From an uncultured archaeon (lineage in GTDB: Archaea > Asgardarchaeota > Lokiarchaeia > Sigyniarchaeales > SOKP01), in NCBI GenBank assembly GCA_964508365.1, contig CAZDTP010000008.1:35513-99512 (forward strand): DNA of 64,000 bases, in the 5' to 3' direction. A program made the position numbers and the translations under genes. Below are positions 1 to 8,843 of this stretch, piece after piece. The notes below the pieces were generated by a model. It had not been told where the DNA came from, ran no database searches, and saw only the letters and a list, made by a program, of their open reading frames with translations. Every line of letters starts with the position of its first letter. The stretch's first letter is position 1.

Positions 1-286
1 TTATTTTTTTCTTTCCGCATTCTTCTGCTATAGGATTAACAATCTCACTGGGAACTACAAATATGGCTATCTCGATTTTTTCTGGAACATCAAGGACGCT
101 CTTATATGATTTGTATCCAAGGATTTTTTCTGCTTTTGGATTAATAGGGAATAATTTGCCTTCATACTTTGATTCAACAATATTTCTCAATACATTATAT
201 CCTACTTTTCCCGGTTTTGAACTCGCACCTATGATTGCAATGCTTTTAGGATCAAAGAAATAAGAAATATCGTTATTTTTTGGCAT
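1..286 (-). CDS. acdA: ADP-forming acetate/acyl-CoA ligase alpha subunit, N-terminal CoA-binding domain (runs off the window edge)
   Basis: Manual translation of the minus strand from ATG 286 gives MPKNNDISYFFDPKSIAIIGASSKPGKVGYNVLRNIVESKYEGKLFPINPK..., the typical P.SIAIIGAS..PGKVG / YPINP CoA-binding motif. It is absent from the ORF track because it is truncated. Confidence 0.85.
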   Translation of the reverse strand, partial: MPKNNDISYFFDPKSIAIIGASSKPGKVGYNVLRNIVESKYEGKLFPINPKAEKILGYKSYKSVLDVPEKIEIAIFVVPSEIVNPIAEECGKKKI

Positions 287-442
287 ACTAATTAGGCAGT
301 TTCTGATCTTTTAATGTATTCTAAAACTGTTTTATCTCTAGTAAGTTAAAAGCTTTTATATTTTGTTGCGCTCATCTACAGTTTCCAGAGGATAATAATT
401 TTTTAAAAATGCTTTTTTATAATACCGCATTAGACAAGTATT

Positions 443-919
443 ATGACTAAAGTAAAAATAATAACGACTAAAGGAGATATCAATCTTACCTTATTCGACG
501 AGGATGCTCCACTGACAGTCTCAAGTTTCTTGTTTTTAGCAAAACAAGGTTTCTATAACGGAATAAGCTTTCATCGAGTAATCGCTGACTTTATGATTCA
601 AGGGGGCGATCCTCTTGGTAACGGTATGGGTGGTCCAAGCGCAGTAGGTATAAAATCTTTTCCATTTCAAGGAAGAGAAGTGTCGTATCCTTTTGCAGAC
701 GAATTTCAATCAGGAAAAGTCTTCACTAAGTCAGGAATATTAGCTATGGCAAATGCTGGACCTGCAACGAATGGTTCGCAATTTTTCATAACTCACGTCC
801 CTACTCCTCATTTAAATAACAAGCACACGATTTTTGGAGAATTAGTAAGTTCTGTGGATGAGAAAGTAGTTAACGAGATTAAGCAAGGAGATAAAATAAA
901 GACAATTGAAATTCTATAA
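443..919 (+). CDS. Cyclophilin-type peptidyl-prolyl cis-trans isomerase
   Basis: FHRVIADFMIQGGDP, LAMANAGPATNGSQFFIT and HLNNKHTIFG cyclophilin signatures. Confidence 0.96.
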   Translation: MTKVKIITTKGDINLTLFDEDAPLTVSSFLFLAKQGFYNGISFHRVIADFMIQGGDPLGNGMGGPSAVGIKSFPFQGREVSYPFADEFQSGKVFTKSGILAMANAGPATNGSQFFITHVPTPHLNNKHTIFGELVSSVDEKVVNEIKQGDKIKTIEIL

Positions 920-1000
920 CTTTATAAAGCAAATTTCATCCAACAAACTTTTTTATTTTTCCATTTTCTATTTTTTCACTAACATAACGAGTACTACATT

Positions 1001-1168
1001 TTAGAGATCTTCATCATCCCATTCTCCATCGTTGTAGTCGTCAGAATCTTCATCATCATTATAAATATCATCTTCATCATCATCTTCAAAATCGTCATCC
1101 TTGAGATCAAAATTCTCTTTGAAGTCATCTCTATCTGTATACTCATTACATAAATCTTCATTTCCCAT
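1001..1168 (-). CDS. 55-aa highly acidic microprotein (unannotated)
   Basis: ATG at 1168 preceded by AGGAGG 8 nt upstream. Translates MGNEDLCNEYTDRDDFKENFDLKDDDFEDDDEDDIYNDDEDSDDYNDGEWDDEDL-stop(TAA 1003-1001), with mixed GAT/GAC/GAA codons. Confidence 0.7.
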   Translation of the reverse strand: MGNEDLCNEYTDRDDFKENFDLKDDDFEDDDEDDIYNDDEDSDDYNDGEWDDEDL

Positions 1169-1339
1169 ATAATAAACCTCCTTTTTGAATGTTTATGTAA
1201 TTTTAATTACCCTAGTTAAATAGATACTGTATTATTTGAAATACAAATCTTGAATGTTTTTTAAAATTTACGATCAGAAAGATTTATTAGCATATAGCCT
1301 TATTAATAATTCAAATTAGATTATTAATTTGCGTTTAAA

Positions 1340-2803
1340 ATGAGTAAAGAACTAAAAAACTTGATTGATTCGGTTGATTCGGCTAATCAAGCTCATTCTG
1401 ACTTAGAAACAACGATTAGATATCTAAAAGAAGAAGTTCAGAAATTGAATTTCACTATCGGTGAACAGAGAACAATAATTCAAGACCAAAAATCAAAGCT
1501 TTCTAATCTTCAAGTCGAAAATATACCTAAAGATGTCTCTGTGCTAAAAGATTTGGTAACACAACAACGGCAAGATATAATAAAAAAAGATAAAGATATT
1601 GAAATTCTTCAACATACGATCGCAGAAATTACTGTAGAATTAGAAAATGTTCAAAAGTTTGAAGGAGAAAGCGAAAAATTAATCTATGCTAATAAGGAAA
1701 TAGTCCAATTAACAGAAGAAAACGAAAATTTTCGATTAAAAGTTAAAGAAGTAAATAATACCTTAGCAGATCTCCAGAAAGAATTAGATAATTATAAAGA
1801 AGATCCAGGCGAAGAAAATCCAGATTTATTAGATGCAAAAAAATTGATTATCAAATTAACTGAAGAGAACGGGATATATCGAGTTCAAATTGAAACTTTG
1901 AAGCAGGAGATCGAATATCTAAAACAAAAAAATCATGAGAACGAAGCTTTAAAGAATCAATTCTCATACGAATTGAATGAAGCAAATAAAATTCTAGACC
2001 AATTAACTTACGATAACGATCAATATCATGAAAAGATAAATTACCTGCAACAAAAATTAGAAGAAACAGCAAAACATCAAGAAGAATTACCTAAAGATAA
2101 TGGAGATAACAATGAGATTGAAGAATTAAATAAGATCTTATTTGAATTAGAGATTGAGAATAACGATTTGAAAAACCTCGTTAACACTAATATTTCCATT
2201 ATAGAGAATTTAAAACAAAGAAATACCGAAATGGAAAAGGAATTAGGAAAAAAAATAGCTTTTGAAAATCCAAAAATCAGTGATTTGCAGGATAGGGTTT
2301 TTGAAAAAGATGAAGAATTAAACAAGGTAACTCTTAAATTGCAGAAGTTTGAGAATGCTAACAAACAACTTAGTGATTTGATCGTCGAATTAAAAGTACA
2401 ACAAAATCAAAGAGGTGAAAGTATAGAGTTCGAAAGCTCCCCTAAGAGTTTTTCCTATGAAGGCCTTCCACCTAATCTTTTCTTCAGAATGTATAAACTT
2501 TTAAGAGAAGATGATAAAACTACAATCATCAACCTATTGATCGACGATTTAAGTAGTGAGATCAGGGATGTTAGAACTTATGCTATAAAAATATTAAGTG
2601 TTATTAAAGGAGATCGCATTCTTGAAATATTAAAAGATATAATTAATGATGACGATTGGATAGTAAAACTATATCTTATTAAAGCATTTCGGAACTTTGA
2701 TAAAGATGATACCATTCCAATATTAAAGAAGCTGCAAGAGGATAAAGATATTGATGTCCGCGAAGCTGCAATTAGCATGCTTTCAGAACTAAAGCAATCA
2801 TAA
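1340..2803 (+). CDS. Long coiled-coil protein with C-terminal HEAT (PBS-lyase-like) repeats
   Basis: About 360 aa of heptad-like E/K/L/Q/N sequence, then RTYAIKILS...DDDWIVKLYLIKAF...DKDIDVREAAISML HEAT-like repeats. Confidence 0.8.
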   Translation: MSKELKNLIDSVDSANQAHSDLETTIRYLKEEVQKLNFTIGEQRTIIQDQKSKLSNLQVENIPKDVSVLKDLVTQQRQDIIKKDKDIEILQHTIAEITVELENVQKFEGESEKLIYANKEIVQLTEENENFRLKVKEVNNTLADLQKELDNYKEDPGEENPDLLDAKKLIIKLTEENGIYRVQIETLKQEIEYLKQKNHENEALKNQFSYELNEANKILDQLTYDNDQYHEKINYLQQKLEETAKHQEELPKDNGDNNEIEELNKILFELEIENNDLKNLVNTNISIIENLKQRNTEMEKELGKKIAFENPKISDLQDRVFEKDEELNKVTLKLQKFENANKQLSDLIVELKVQQNQRGESIEFESSPKSFSYEGLPPNLFFRMYKLLREDDKTTIINLLIDDLSSEIRDVRTYAIKILSVIKGDRILEILKDIINDDDWIVKLYLIKAFRNFDKDDTIPILKKLQEDKDIDVREAAISMLSELKQS

Positions 2804-2943
2804 AAATGATATATTTCCTCGTTAATATCTTTTTTTCTAAAAAAAATAAATATCATTTCGAATAAATCATTAAATAATAAACAGGATTAAGCTTTTGAAT
2901 AATCAATTCTCTGCATTTATTAATTCACGAAAGTTTTTTCGAT

Positions 2944-3210
2944 ATGATACGAAAATTAACTCAAAATAGATGGAACTGGTCTCAGAGAGATCAAATGTGG
3001 GTATTTATTGAGTGCGATGTTAAAGGAGAGCTAATTTACCATTATCAAGTAAAACCTCCTAAAGAATTCACAGAATTAACCATGAAAATTAAAATTCTGA
3101 ACGATAAATTAATTGTTTGTAAAGATTTAGAAGAAAACTCCAAAATTTTCGATGAGATGATGAAAATCTCAAAAAGAATGCAAAATATGGGTAAAAATTC
3201 TTATTCTTAA
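2944..3210 (+). CDS. Hypothetical protein, possibly truncated by a premature TAA
   Basis: 88-aa ORF with ATG start. The same frame stays open for 33 more codons after the TAA, to TAG at 3312. Confidence 0.55.
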   Translation: MIRKLTQNRWNWSQRDQMWVFIECDVKGELIYHYQVKPPKEFTELTMKIKILNDKLIVCKDLEENSKIFDEMMKISKRMQNMGKNSYS

Positions 3211-3477
3211 ACTAAGAAAGAAAAAAACTATTTGATGGGAATCGATTGTATTGTTGTTGATTACCAAAAAATCATTTTGAAATTAACGGAAGTCATCAAA
3301 AATACTAATTAGATAAAATAGAAATCTTTTAATTCTACTTTTGGTTGAGATTTTTCATCTTTATTATAGGTATTGCATAAAATAGAGTGTAATTAAATCG
3401 ATGTAATTTAGCATATATTTTTATATGATTATGGTCATATTTAAGAATAGTTTCTAAATATTAGAGGTTTAAAAAAA

Positions 3478-4560
3478 ATGAAAAGAAATTTAACTTATTT
3501 AGTTTTAATTTTAATTACATCTCTTGCTCTGATTTCGACATTAAACATATATTCTCAGGTCAATTATGTTTCGGAAAATCAAGATTCAGTTTCGATTATT
3601 CCGCATGCATCATCTACCTATAATACTACGATAGAGATAAATGAATTGCCTGGAAACCCTCACAATTGGACTTGGGCGAAAGATCAAGGTATTTGCACTG
3701 GTACAGGTACTAATAGTGATCCTTTTGTAATCAAGAATCATTTCTTTGACACGAGGAGTTCTTCTACTACGGGCCTAACAATATTGAATTCAAGAAAGCA
3801 TTTTAGGATTGAGAATTGTCTTTTCAACATAAGTGTAAGTTACGCGGGTATTAGGTTATTAAACACTACAAATGGGTATATTACTGAAAATATGAATACT
3901 CCCCTTACAGGTGCTCTTGTTTGGCTCCTCAATTGTAGTTATAATACCGTTTTCAACAATAATGCATCCTATTGTTCTTTTTATGGAATATATATAGACC
4001 AAACATCTCATCATAATATAATCTCGAATAATCTCGCATCTTTTAATGTTCAAATAGGGATTCTTCTTCGGAACGACGCTAACCTCAATACTATTCAAGA
4101 CAATATTATTCATTTAAATCCTCAAGGTATTGCTTTGGAATCACATTCTGATAATAACACTATAAAAGGAAATCATATTTCGAATAATACAATAGTAGGG
4201 GTTAATCTTGCATCATTGACAACATATAACATTTTATACACAAATTGCTTCATGAATAATTCACTTCATGCAAGAGATAACGGAGCTAATAATATATGGG
4301 ACTTTGGCAGTAAAGGAAACTACTGGGATAATTATACAGGAGCAGATCTTAATATGGATGGGATTGGAGATATCCCCTATAATATAACCGGTAGTAGTGG
4401 AAGCATGGATAATTTTCCATTAATGCAATGTCCATCTCCCAGTGGTTCTGATGGGATTCCGGGGTATGAACTATCCATCTTAATTAGTGGTATGCTAATA
4501 GGCATGGTAAGTCTAATTTGTTTAACTTACAAGAAAAAAAATAAAATTTTAAAATATTAG
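3478..4560 (+). CDS. Secreted right-handed beta-helix (NosD/pectin-lyase-like) surface protein with Loki-CTERM-type anchor
   Basis: N-terminal signal/TM segment, Asn/Ile-rich beta-helix repeats, GNYWDNYTG.D.N.DGIGD.PY motif, and C-terminal IPGY + TM + Lys-rich tail. Confidence 0.85.
   Translation: MKRNLTYLVLILITSLALISTLNIYSQVNYVSENQDSVSIIPHASSTYNTTIEINELPGNPHNWTWAKDQGICTGTGTNSDPFVIKNHFFDTRSSSTTGLTILNSRKHFRIENCLFNISVSYAGIRLLNTTNGYITENMNTPLTGALVWLLNCSYNTVFNNNASYCSFYGIYIDQTSHHNIISNNLASFNVQIGILLRNDANLNTIQDNIIHLNPQGIALESHSDNNTIKGNHISNNTIVGVNLASLTTYNILYTNCFMNNSLHARDNGANNIWDFGSKGNYWDNYTGADLNMDGIGDIPYNITGSSGSMDNFPLMQCPSPSGSDGIPGYELSILISGMLIGMVSLICLTYKKKNKILKY
4456..4560 (+). other. C-terminal sorting signal (IPGY-TM-basic; Loki-CTERM-like)
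   Basis: IPGYELSILISGMLIGMVSLICLTYKKKNK at the end of the 3478..4560 ORF. Confidence 0.7.
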
Positions 4561-4691
4561 CATCATCTCTTTTTTTCATTTTTTTTAAAAACTGTTCTTA
4601 TTAGGTATTTATAGGATCAAATCTCAAGCTTTTATAATTATAACCAAATTATTATATATATAAGGTCGCAATTAATTTAAGGGGAAAAATA

Positions 4692-5495
4692 ATAAAAATC
4701 GCAATATCAGGCAAGGGTGGGGTTGGTAAAACATTAGTCGCTGGAACGATTGCTCGACTTTTTGCTAAGGATGGATTTAATGTTTTAGCAATAGACAACG
4801 ATTCGGCAATGAATCTGAGTTACACTTTGGGAATTGAAGACGAAGTAAAATCGAAGATAGTCCCGATTTCTGAGATGAAGACCATGATTGAGGAACGGAC
4901 ATCTGTTAAGGGAGCTGGTACTGGCGTTTATAACATTAATCCTGAGGTAGCGGACATTCCAGATAGATTTAAGGTTACAGGTCCAGACAACTTACAGCTT
5001 CTAGTTTTAGGAGGTATAGAAGAACCTGCATCTGGGTGTTTATGTCCCGAAAATGCACTTATCAGAACTTTGCTTTTCAATTTGCTTGTAAAAAGAAATG
5101 AAGTAATCGTTGTAGATTTCGAAGCAGGATTGGAGCATTTAGGTCGTGGAACTGCTAAAGGAATTGATGTTATGCTAGTAGTTACCGAACCTTCTCGAAA
5201 ATCATTAGATTTATGTTCAAAAATAATTGATCTATCGAAAAAGTTAGGCATCATTAACATTTTCCTTATTGCCAATAAAGTTATTGACGATTCTCAATTA
5301 TCAATAATTAACGATAGAATTAAAAATTGGGAAATCCCGCTATATCATTATATTCCTTTTGATCTTGAAATTGGAAAAGCCGATTTAAATGGAACTTCAC
5401 CCTTAGATTATAATAATAAATCAGAAGCAATTCAATCTATTGGAAGGCTTTATGATAAATTAAAGAAACTAAAACAAGAACTGTTTGATTTATAA
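4692..5495 (+). CDS. cooC: CooC/AcsF-type nickel-insertion ATPase (CODH/ACS maturation); probable ATA start
   Basis: The frame upstream of ATG 4809 encodes (I)KIAISGKGGVGKT...LAIDNDSAMNL (deviant Walker A). The GCLC metal motif and VVDFEAGLEHLGRGTA are present. There is no ATG/GTG/TTG in frame between TAA 4641-4643 and the P-loop. Confidence 0.88.
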   Translation: MKIAISGKGGVGKTLVAGTIARLFAKDGFNVLAIDNDSAMNLSYTLGIEDEVKSKIVPISEMKTMIEERTSVKGAGTGVYNINPEVADIPDRFKVTGPDNLQLLVLGGIEEPASGCLCPENALIRTLLFNLLVKRNEVIVVDFEAGLEHLGRGTAKGIDVMLVVTEPSRKSLDLCSKIIDLSKKLGIINIFLIANKVIDDSQLSIINDRIKNWEIPLYHYIPFDLEIGKADLNGTSPLDYNNKSEAIQSIGRLYDKLKKLKQELFDL

Positions 5496-5644
5496 ACAAA
5501 AAAAAAGTTCTCTGCATACCTTGTTCTATCAATTGTTCAACATATATAGTCTATATATGAGATCAATAAATATGCAAATCTGATCTTCTGGATTGGAGCA
5601 ATCCAAAAATTATTAAAATTAATAAAAGGAGGGATGAGATCAAG

Positions 5645-5830
5645 ATGGTTAAGAAAAAAGAGAACCTACTAGTTTTAGGGATGTTCTGTTTGATAGCTGC
5701 ATTTATCTTTGAAATGTTTGGAAATGCGAATATAATTCTTGATGTGATAAGTTTATTTTTTATTGGTATCGCTATATTTTCAAACGCAAAATACTTAGTT
5801 CTGTCAACAATAGATAAGAAGAAGAAGTAG
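5645..5830 (+). CDS. Small two-TM membrane protein
   Basis: 61-aa ORF with two hydrophobic stretches and basic termini. Confidence 0.55.
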   Translation: MVKKKENLLVLGMFCLIAAFIFEMFGNANIILDVISLFFIGIAIFSNAKYLVLSTIDKKKK

Positions 5831-5854
5831 TTTCTTTGAGTTATGATTCCGTTT

Positions 5855-6097
5855 TCATAACATGTCGGATAAATCGAGGCTCTGATCCTCAGCGATTTCT
5901 TTCCATTGTTCTATCGCTTCCAAAGCATCTTTCTCTTCCATTTGCTCAATTGCGTAACCAGCGTGAACAATGATATACTTACCTACTTCCGGATTTAATA
6001 TTAACGCTATAATGACTTCTTGTTCAATTCCATCGAAGTCGACTAACGCGGTATTCCCATCAATTCTAACGATTTTACCTGGAATCGCGAGACACAT
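5855..6097 (-). CDS. hypC: [NiFe]-hydrogenase maturation chaperone HypC
   Basis: MCLAIPG N-terminus and YIIVHAGYAI motif. Confidence 0.97.
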   Translation of the reverse strand: MCLAIPGKIVRIDGNTALVDFDGIEQEVIIALILNPEVGKYIIVHAGYAIEQMEEKDALEAIEQWKEIAEDQSLDLSDML

Positions 6098-6259
6098 GAG
6101 TAATTTAACGAAGTGATTTTAACTATATTAGGTAATATTAGGGTCTAAAAAAAACTATTGATTATAACAGGATCATTTCCTCACTAAATCATTCGCGAAT
6201 TCTTTATATTGCTTACTGTAATAATTAAATTTAATATCACAACAATGTGAGTAAATAGA

Positions 6260-6802
6260 ATGATTTTAGAAAAATTAAAAAAAAGCCCAAGTGATTTAAT
6301 TTTATTAATAATCGCCGCAATAGGCGTCATTATTCTTCTAGTTATAAATATCCTTGTTTTTGAACCCTTAACAAACTCAATCTATGGAATACTTGATTTC
6401 GAATTTGCTTGGACTAAGGAACAAATTTTAATTATTTTTGCGGAGTGGGAGAGCGCCGCGGTAATGTCATTACAAGCTAATGGAGTGTATTGGGACTTTC
6501 TCTATATCATAGGATACACAGTGCCTTTGTTTGCATTAATTTTACTATTTACTCGAAAATTAAGCGGTAAAGTAGTAGACATTGGTCTTTACATTAGTCT
6601 TACGCCTTTCATCGCAGGAATTTTCGATTTGATAGAAAATATTAACCTCCTAATCATGCTTAACGATTATCCAGATTTTGAATCTTTCGTGCCCTTGACA
6701 GCTTCGATAACTGCATTTATTAAATTTAGTTTTCTATTGGTAGGAGCAATCTTCTTTTTAGTTGTTTTAGTTCTGACCTTAATTAAACGATTTAAAAAAT
6801 AA
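6260..6802 (+). CDS. Hypothetical 4-TM membrane protein
   Basis: Four hydrophobic segments, with WDFLY and FDLIEN motifs. Function not recognised. Confidence 0.7.
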   Translation: MILEKLKKSPSDLILLIIAAIGVIILLVINILVFEPLTNSIYGILDFEFAWTKEQILIIFAEWESAAVMSLQANGVYWDFLYIIGYTVPLFALILLFTRKLSGKVVDIGLYISLTPFIAGIFDLIENINLLIMLNDYPDFESFVPLTASITAFIKFSFLLVGAIFFLVVLVLTLIKRFKK

Positions 6803-6869
6803 ATGTAATAAATTCTCTTTTTTTCTTTTGAACTAACTGATAAAAATAACCCTTTAAATTCAGAACCAG

Positions 6870-7652
6870 CTAGATCTTTTCACTGTACGAGGCTAATAAA
6901 TCATTCAGCCAATTATAGATTTCTTCTTTCGATAAGTTATCGAGGTTAAATTTCAATCTTTCTATTTCCTTGAGAAGATTTATCATCTCTAAGGGAATCG
7001 ATCTTTCGCATAATTCAAACAATAACTCGTTAGTTTTTGAAATTATCATTTTAATTTTTGTAACTAGAGGCTCAACATCAGGGATATCCTCAAGTCGCAC
7101 GAGGAGATTAATAAGGCTGAATAGAAATTCTGTTTTGTTTCCTTTAAAAGAACTATCGAATTGGTAATAATATCTATCAAAATACTCCATCGGAATGATT
7201 TCCTCGTATTTATTGGATATTTTTATTACAGACTTTATATTTTTAAAAAGTAGAGAAGGAGTCCACGTAAAAGTTTGATAGTTTGAAACAACATTTCCAC
7301 TACGAATCACTGGGATAAATTTATGGTCTCCTTTAAAATGTCCAAATGGAATGATTATAAAATCTAACGATTCCGAAGAAGAATAATCTTTTACATTAAT
7401 ATACAAATCTTTTATAGTGTGAATCATTTCGGCTCTATGGTCAAGGATATCGAATTCAATTCTATTGAATGATGGCTTGTAAATATAAAAAATTAAACCC
7501 TCAAATCCTTGGATTTCTAAATCAAGCGAGAAGTTTAACATTTCTTGAGATAATTTGTCGGTCTTAAATCTCAAATCTAACATGATGTGAGAATAATTTT
7601 CAATATATTGGAAAAACCAAGGTGGATTTCTCTCTGCTTCAAACGATATCAT
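6870..7652 (-). CDS. Hypothetical protein
   Basis: 260-aa ORF with protein-like composition and no clear family motif. Confidence 0.7.
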   Translation of the reverse strand: MISFEAERNPPWFFQYIENYSHIMLDLRFKTDKLSQEMLNFSLDLEIQGFEGLIFYIYKPSFNRIEFDILDHRAEMIHTIKDLYINVKDYSSSESLDFIIIPFGHFKGDHKFIPVIRSGNVVSNYQTFTWTPSLLFKNIKSVIKISNKYEEIIPMEYFDRYYYQFDSSFKGNKTEFLFSLINLLVRLEDIPDVEPLVTKIKMIISKTNELLFELCERSIPLEMINLLKEIERLKFNLDNLSKEEIYNWLNDLLASYSEKI

Positions 7653-8024
7653 TTAATCTCTACTCATAATATTTCTCATTAAGATGAATTATATATATTT
7701 TATACCTAATTTATATTTCTTCACTTGAAGAAATGAATTGCACATAATTAAACGTCACCACTATTTTTATTTTTTGTGATTTGAACATTTGACAGACAAT
7801 ATAAATATAACATATCTATTAGGAAAAACAATATCAATAATTGCATGATTCTGTTCGCAGCTTAACATTTTTTGACTAAATATAAAATTTACAATAGATT
7901 TCTTCTTTTTTTTTGGAATTTGCTCAAATCTTCCTAATTTTATACTAACATAAATTATTTAAATTAAGTGCTATGTTACAAAATTGTCAAAGTCAAAAAT
8001 TGTATATAGAGGTTAAATTTAAAG

Positions 8025-8705
8025 ATGGAATTACAGTCAATAAATAGTATGGAGGAATATTTGAAACCAACAGAATTTTGTGATTGTAACAATCAAGAAA
8101 TAATTGCTAAGGCAAAAAAACTTACTAAGCATGATAAAACTCCTAAAGAGATGGCGTTAAGTATTTTTCATTTTGTAAGAGATCAGATCGCTTTCATGAT
8201 GAGTGAGAGTGATAAAGCATCTGAAACTCTTAAAAAAAGATTTGGTGATTGTGGTACCAAAACAAATCTTCAAGTTGCATTGTTACGAGCTGTCAATATC
8301 CCAGCTAAATATCATATTGCTTCTTTATGTAAAGAATCTATTAAAGGCATAGTTTCAGAATCATTTTATAACTTGTCCCCAGATGTAATATCAAATCATC
8401 CTTGGTGTGAATGTTTCCTCTCTGAAAAATGGATCTCTTGCGATACTTTGTTAGATATAGTATTAACAGAAGGTATTTATAAGAAGGGTATTCACACTAA
8501 AGAAGAAATTCCAACAATCGAATGGGATGGTGAAAATGATTTAAACACTATGATCACATGGATGATAGAAGATAAGGGAACTATTTCTTCTCTTGATGAT
8601 TTATTTATAGAAACTCAAAAGGAATTTGAAAAAATTCCAATTAAACTAAGAAATAATTTAATTTATCAAGCAAATAAATGTGCTGATAATGTACGAAAAC
8701 AATAA
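8025..8705 (+). CDS. Transglutaminase-like (papain-fold) domain protein
   Basis: GDCGTKTNLQVALLRAVNIPA, HPWCECF and WISCD provide the Cys-His-Asp triad pattern. Confidence 0.88.
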   Translation: MELQSINSMEEYLKPTEFCDCNNQEIIAKAKKLTKHDKTPKEMALSIFHFVRDQIAFMMSESDKASETLKKRFGDCGTKTNLQVALLRAVNIPAKYHIASLCKESIKGIVSESFYNLSPDVISNHPWCECFLSEKWISCDTLLDIVLTEGIYKKGIHTKEEIPTIEWDGENDLNTMITWMIEDKGTISSLDDLFIETQKEFEKIPIKLRNNLIYQANKCADNVRKQ

Positions 8706-8843
8706 CTAAACAGCTTTTTTAAATTCTTTTAATGAGAAGAAGGAACTCAATCTAAATACTACTATTTTTCTTAAATTAAATTTTAGTTTAAAGAAAAAAT
8801 ATATTAAAAAAATAAAAAAAAATAAAGTTATAAATTTGTTTAA

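Noticed and set aside
63-263. 66-aa plus-strand ORF in the track
   Set aside because: It is the antisense shadow of the CoA-ligase gene on the minus strand (1..286), which has recognisable motifs.
1021-1090. TCA/TCATCA triplet-like repeats resembling a microsatellite
   Set aside because: Explained by Asp codons of the acidic microprotein on the minus strand; the repeats are imperfect and synonymous-variable.
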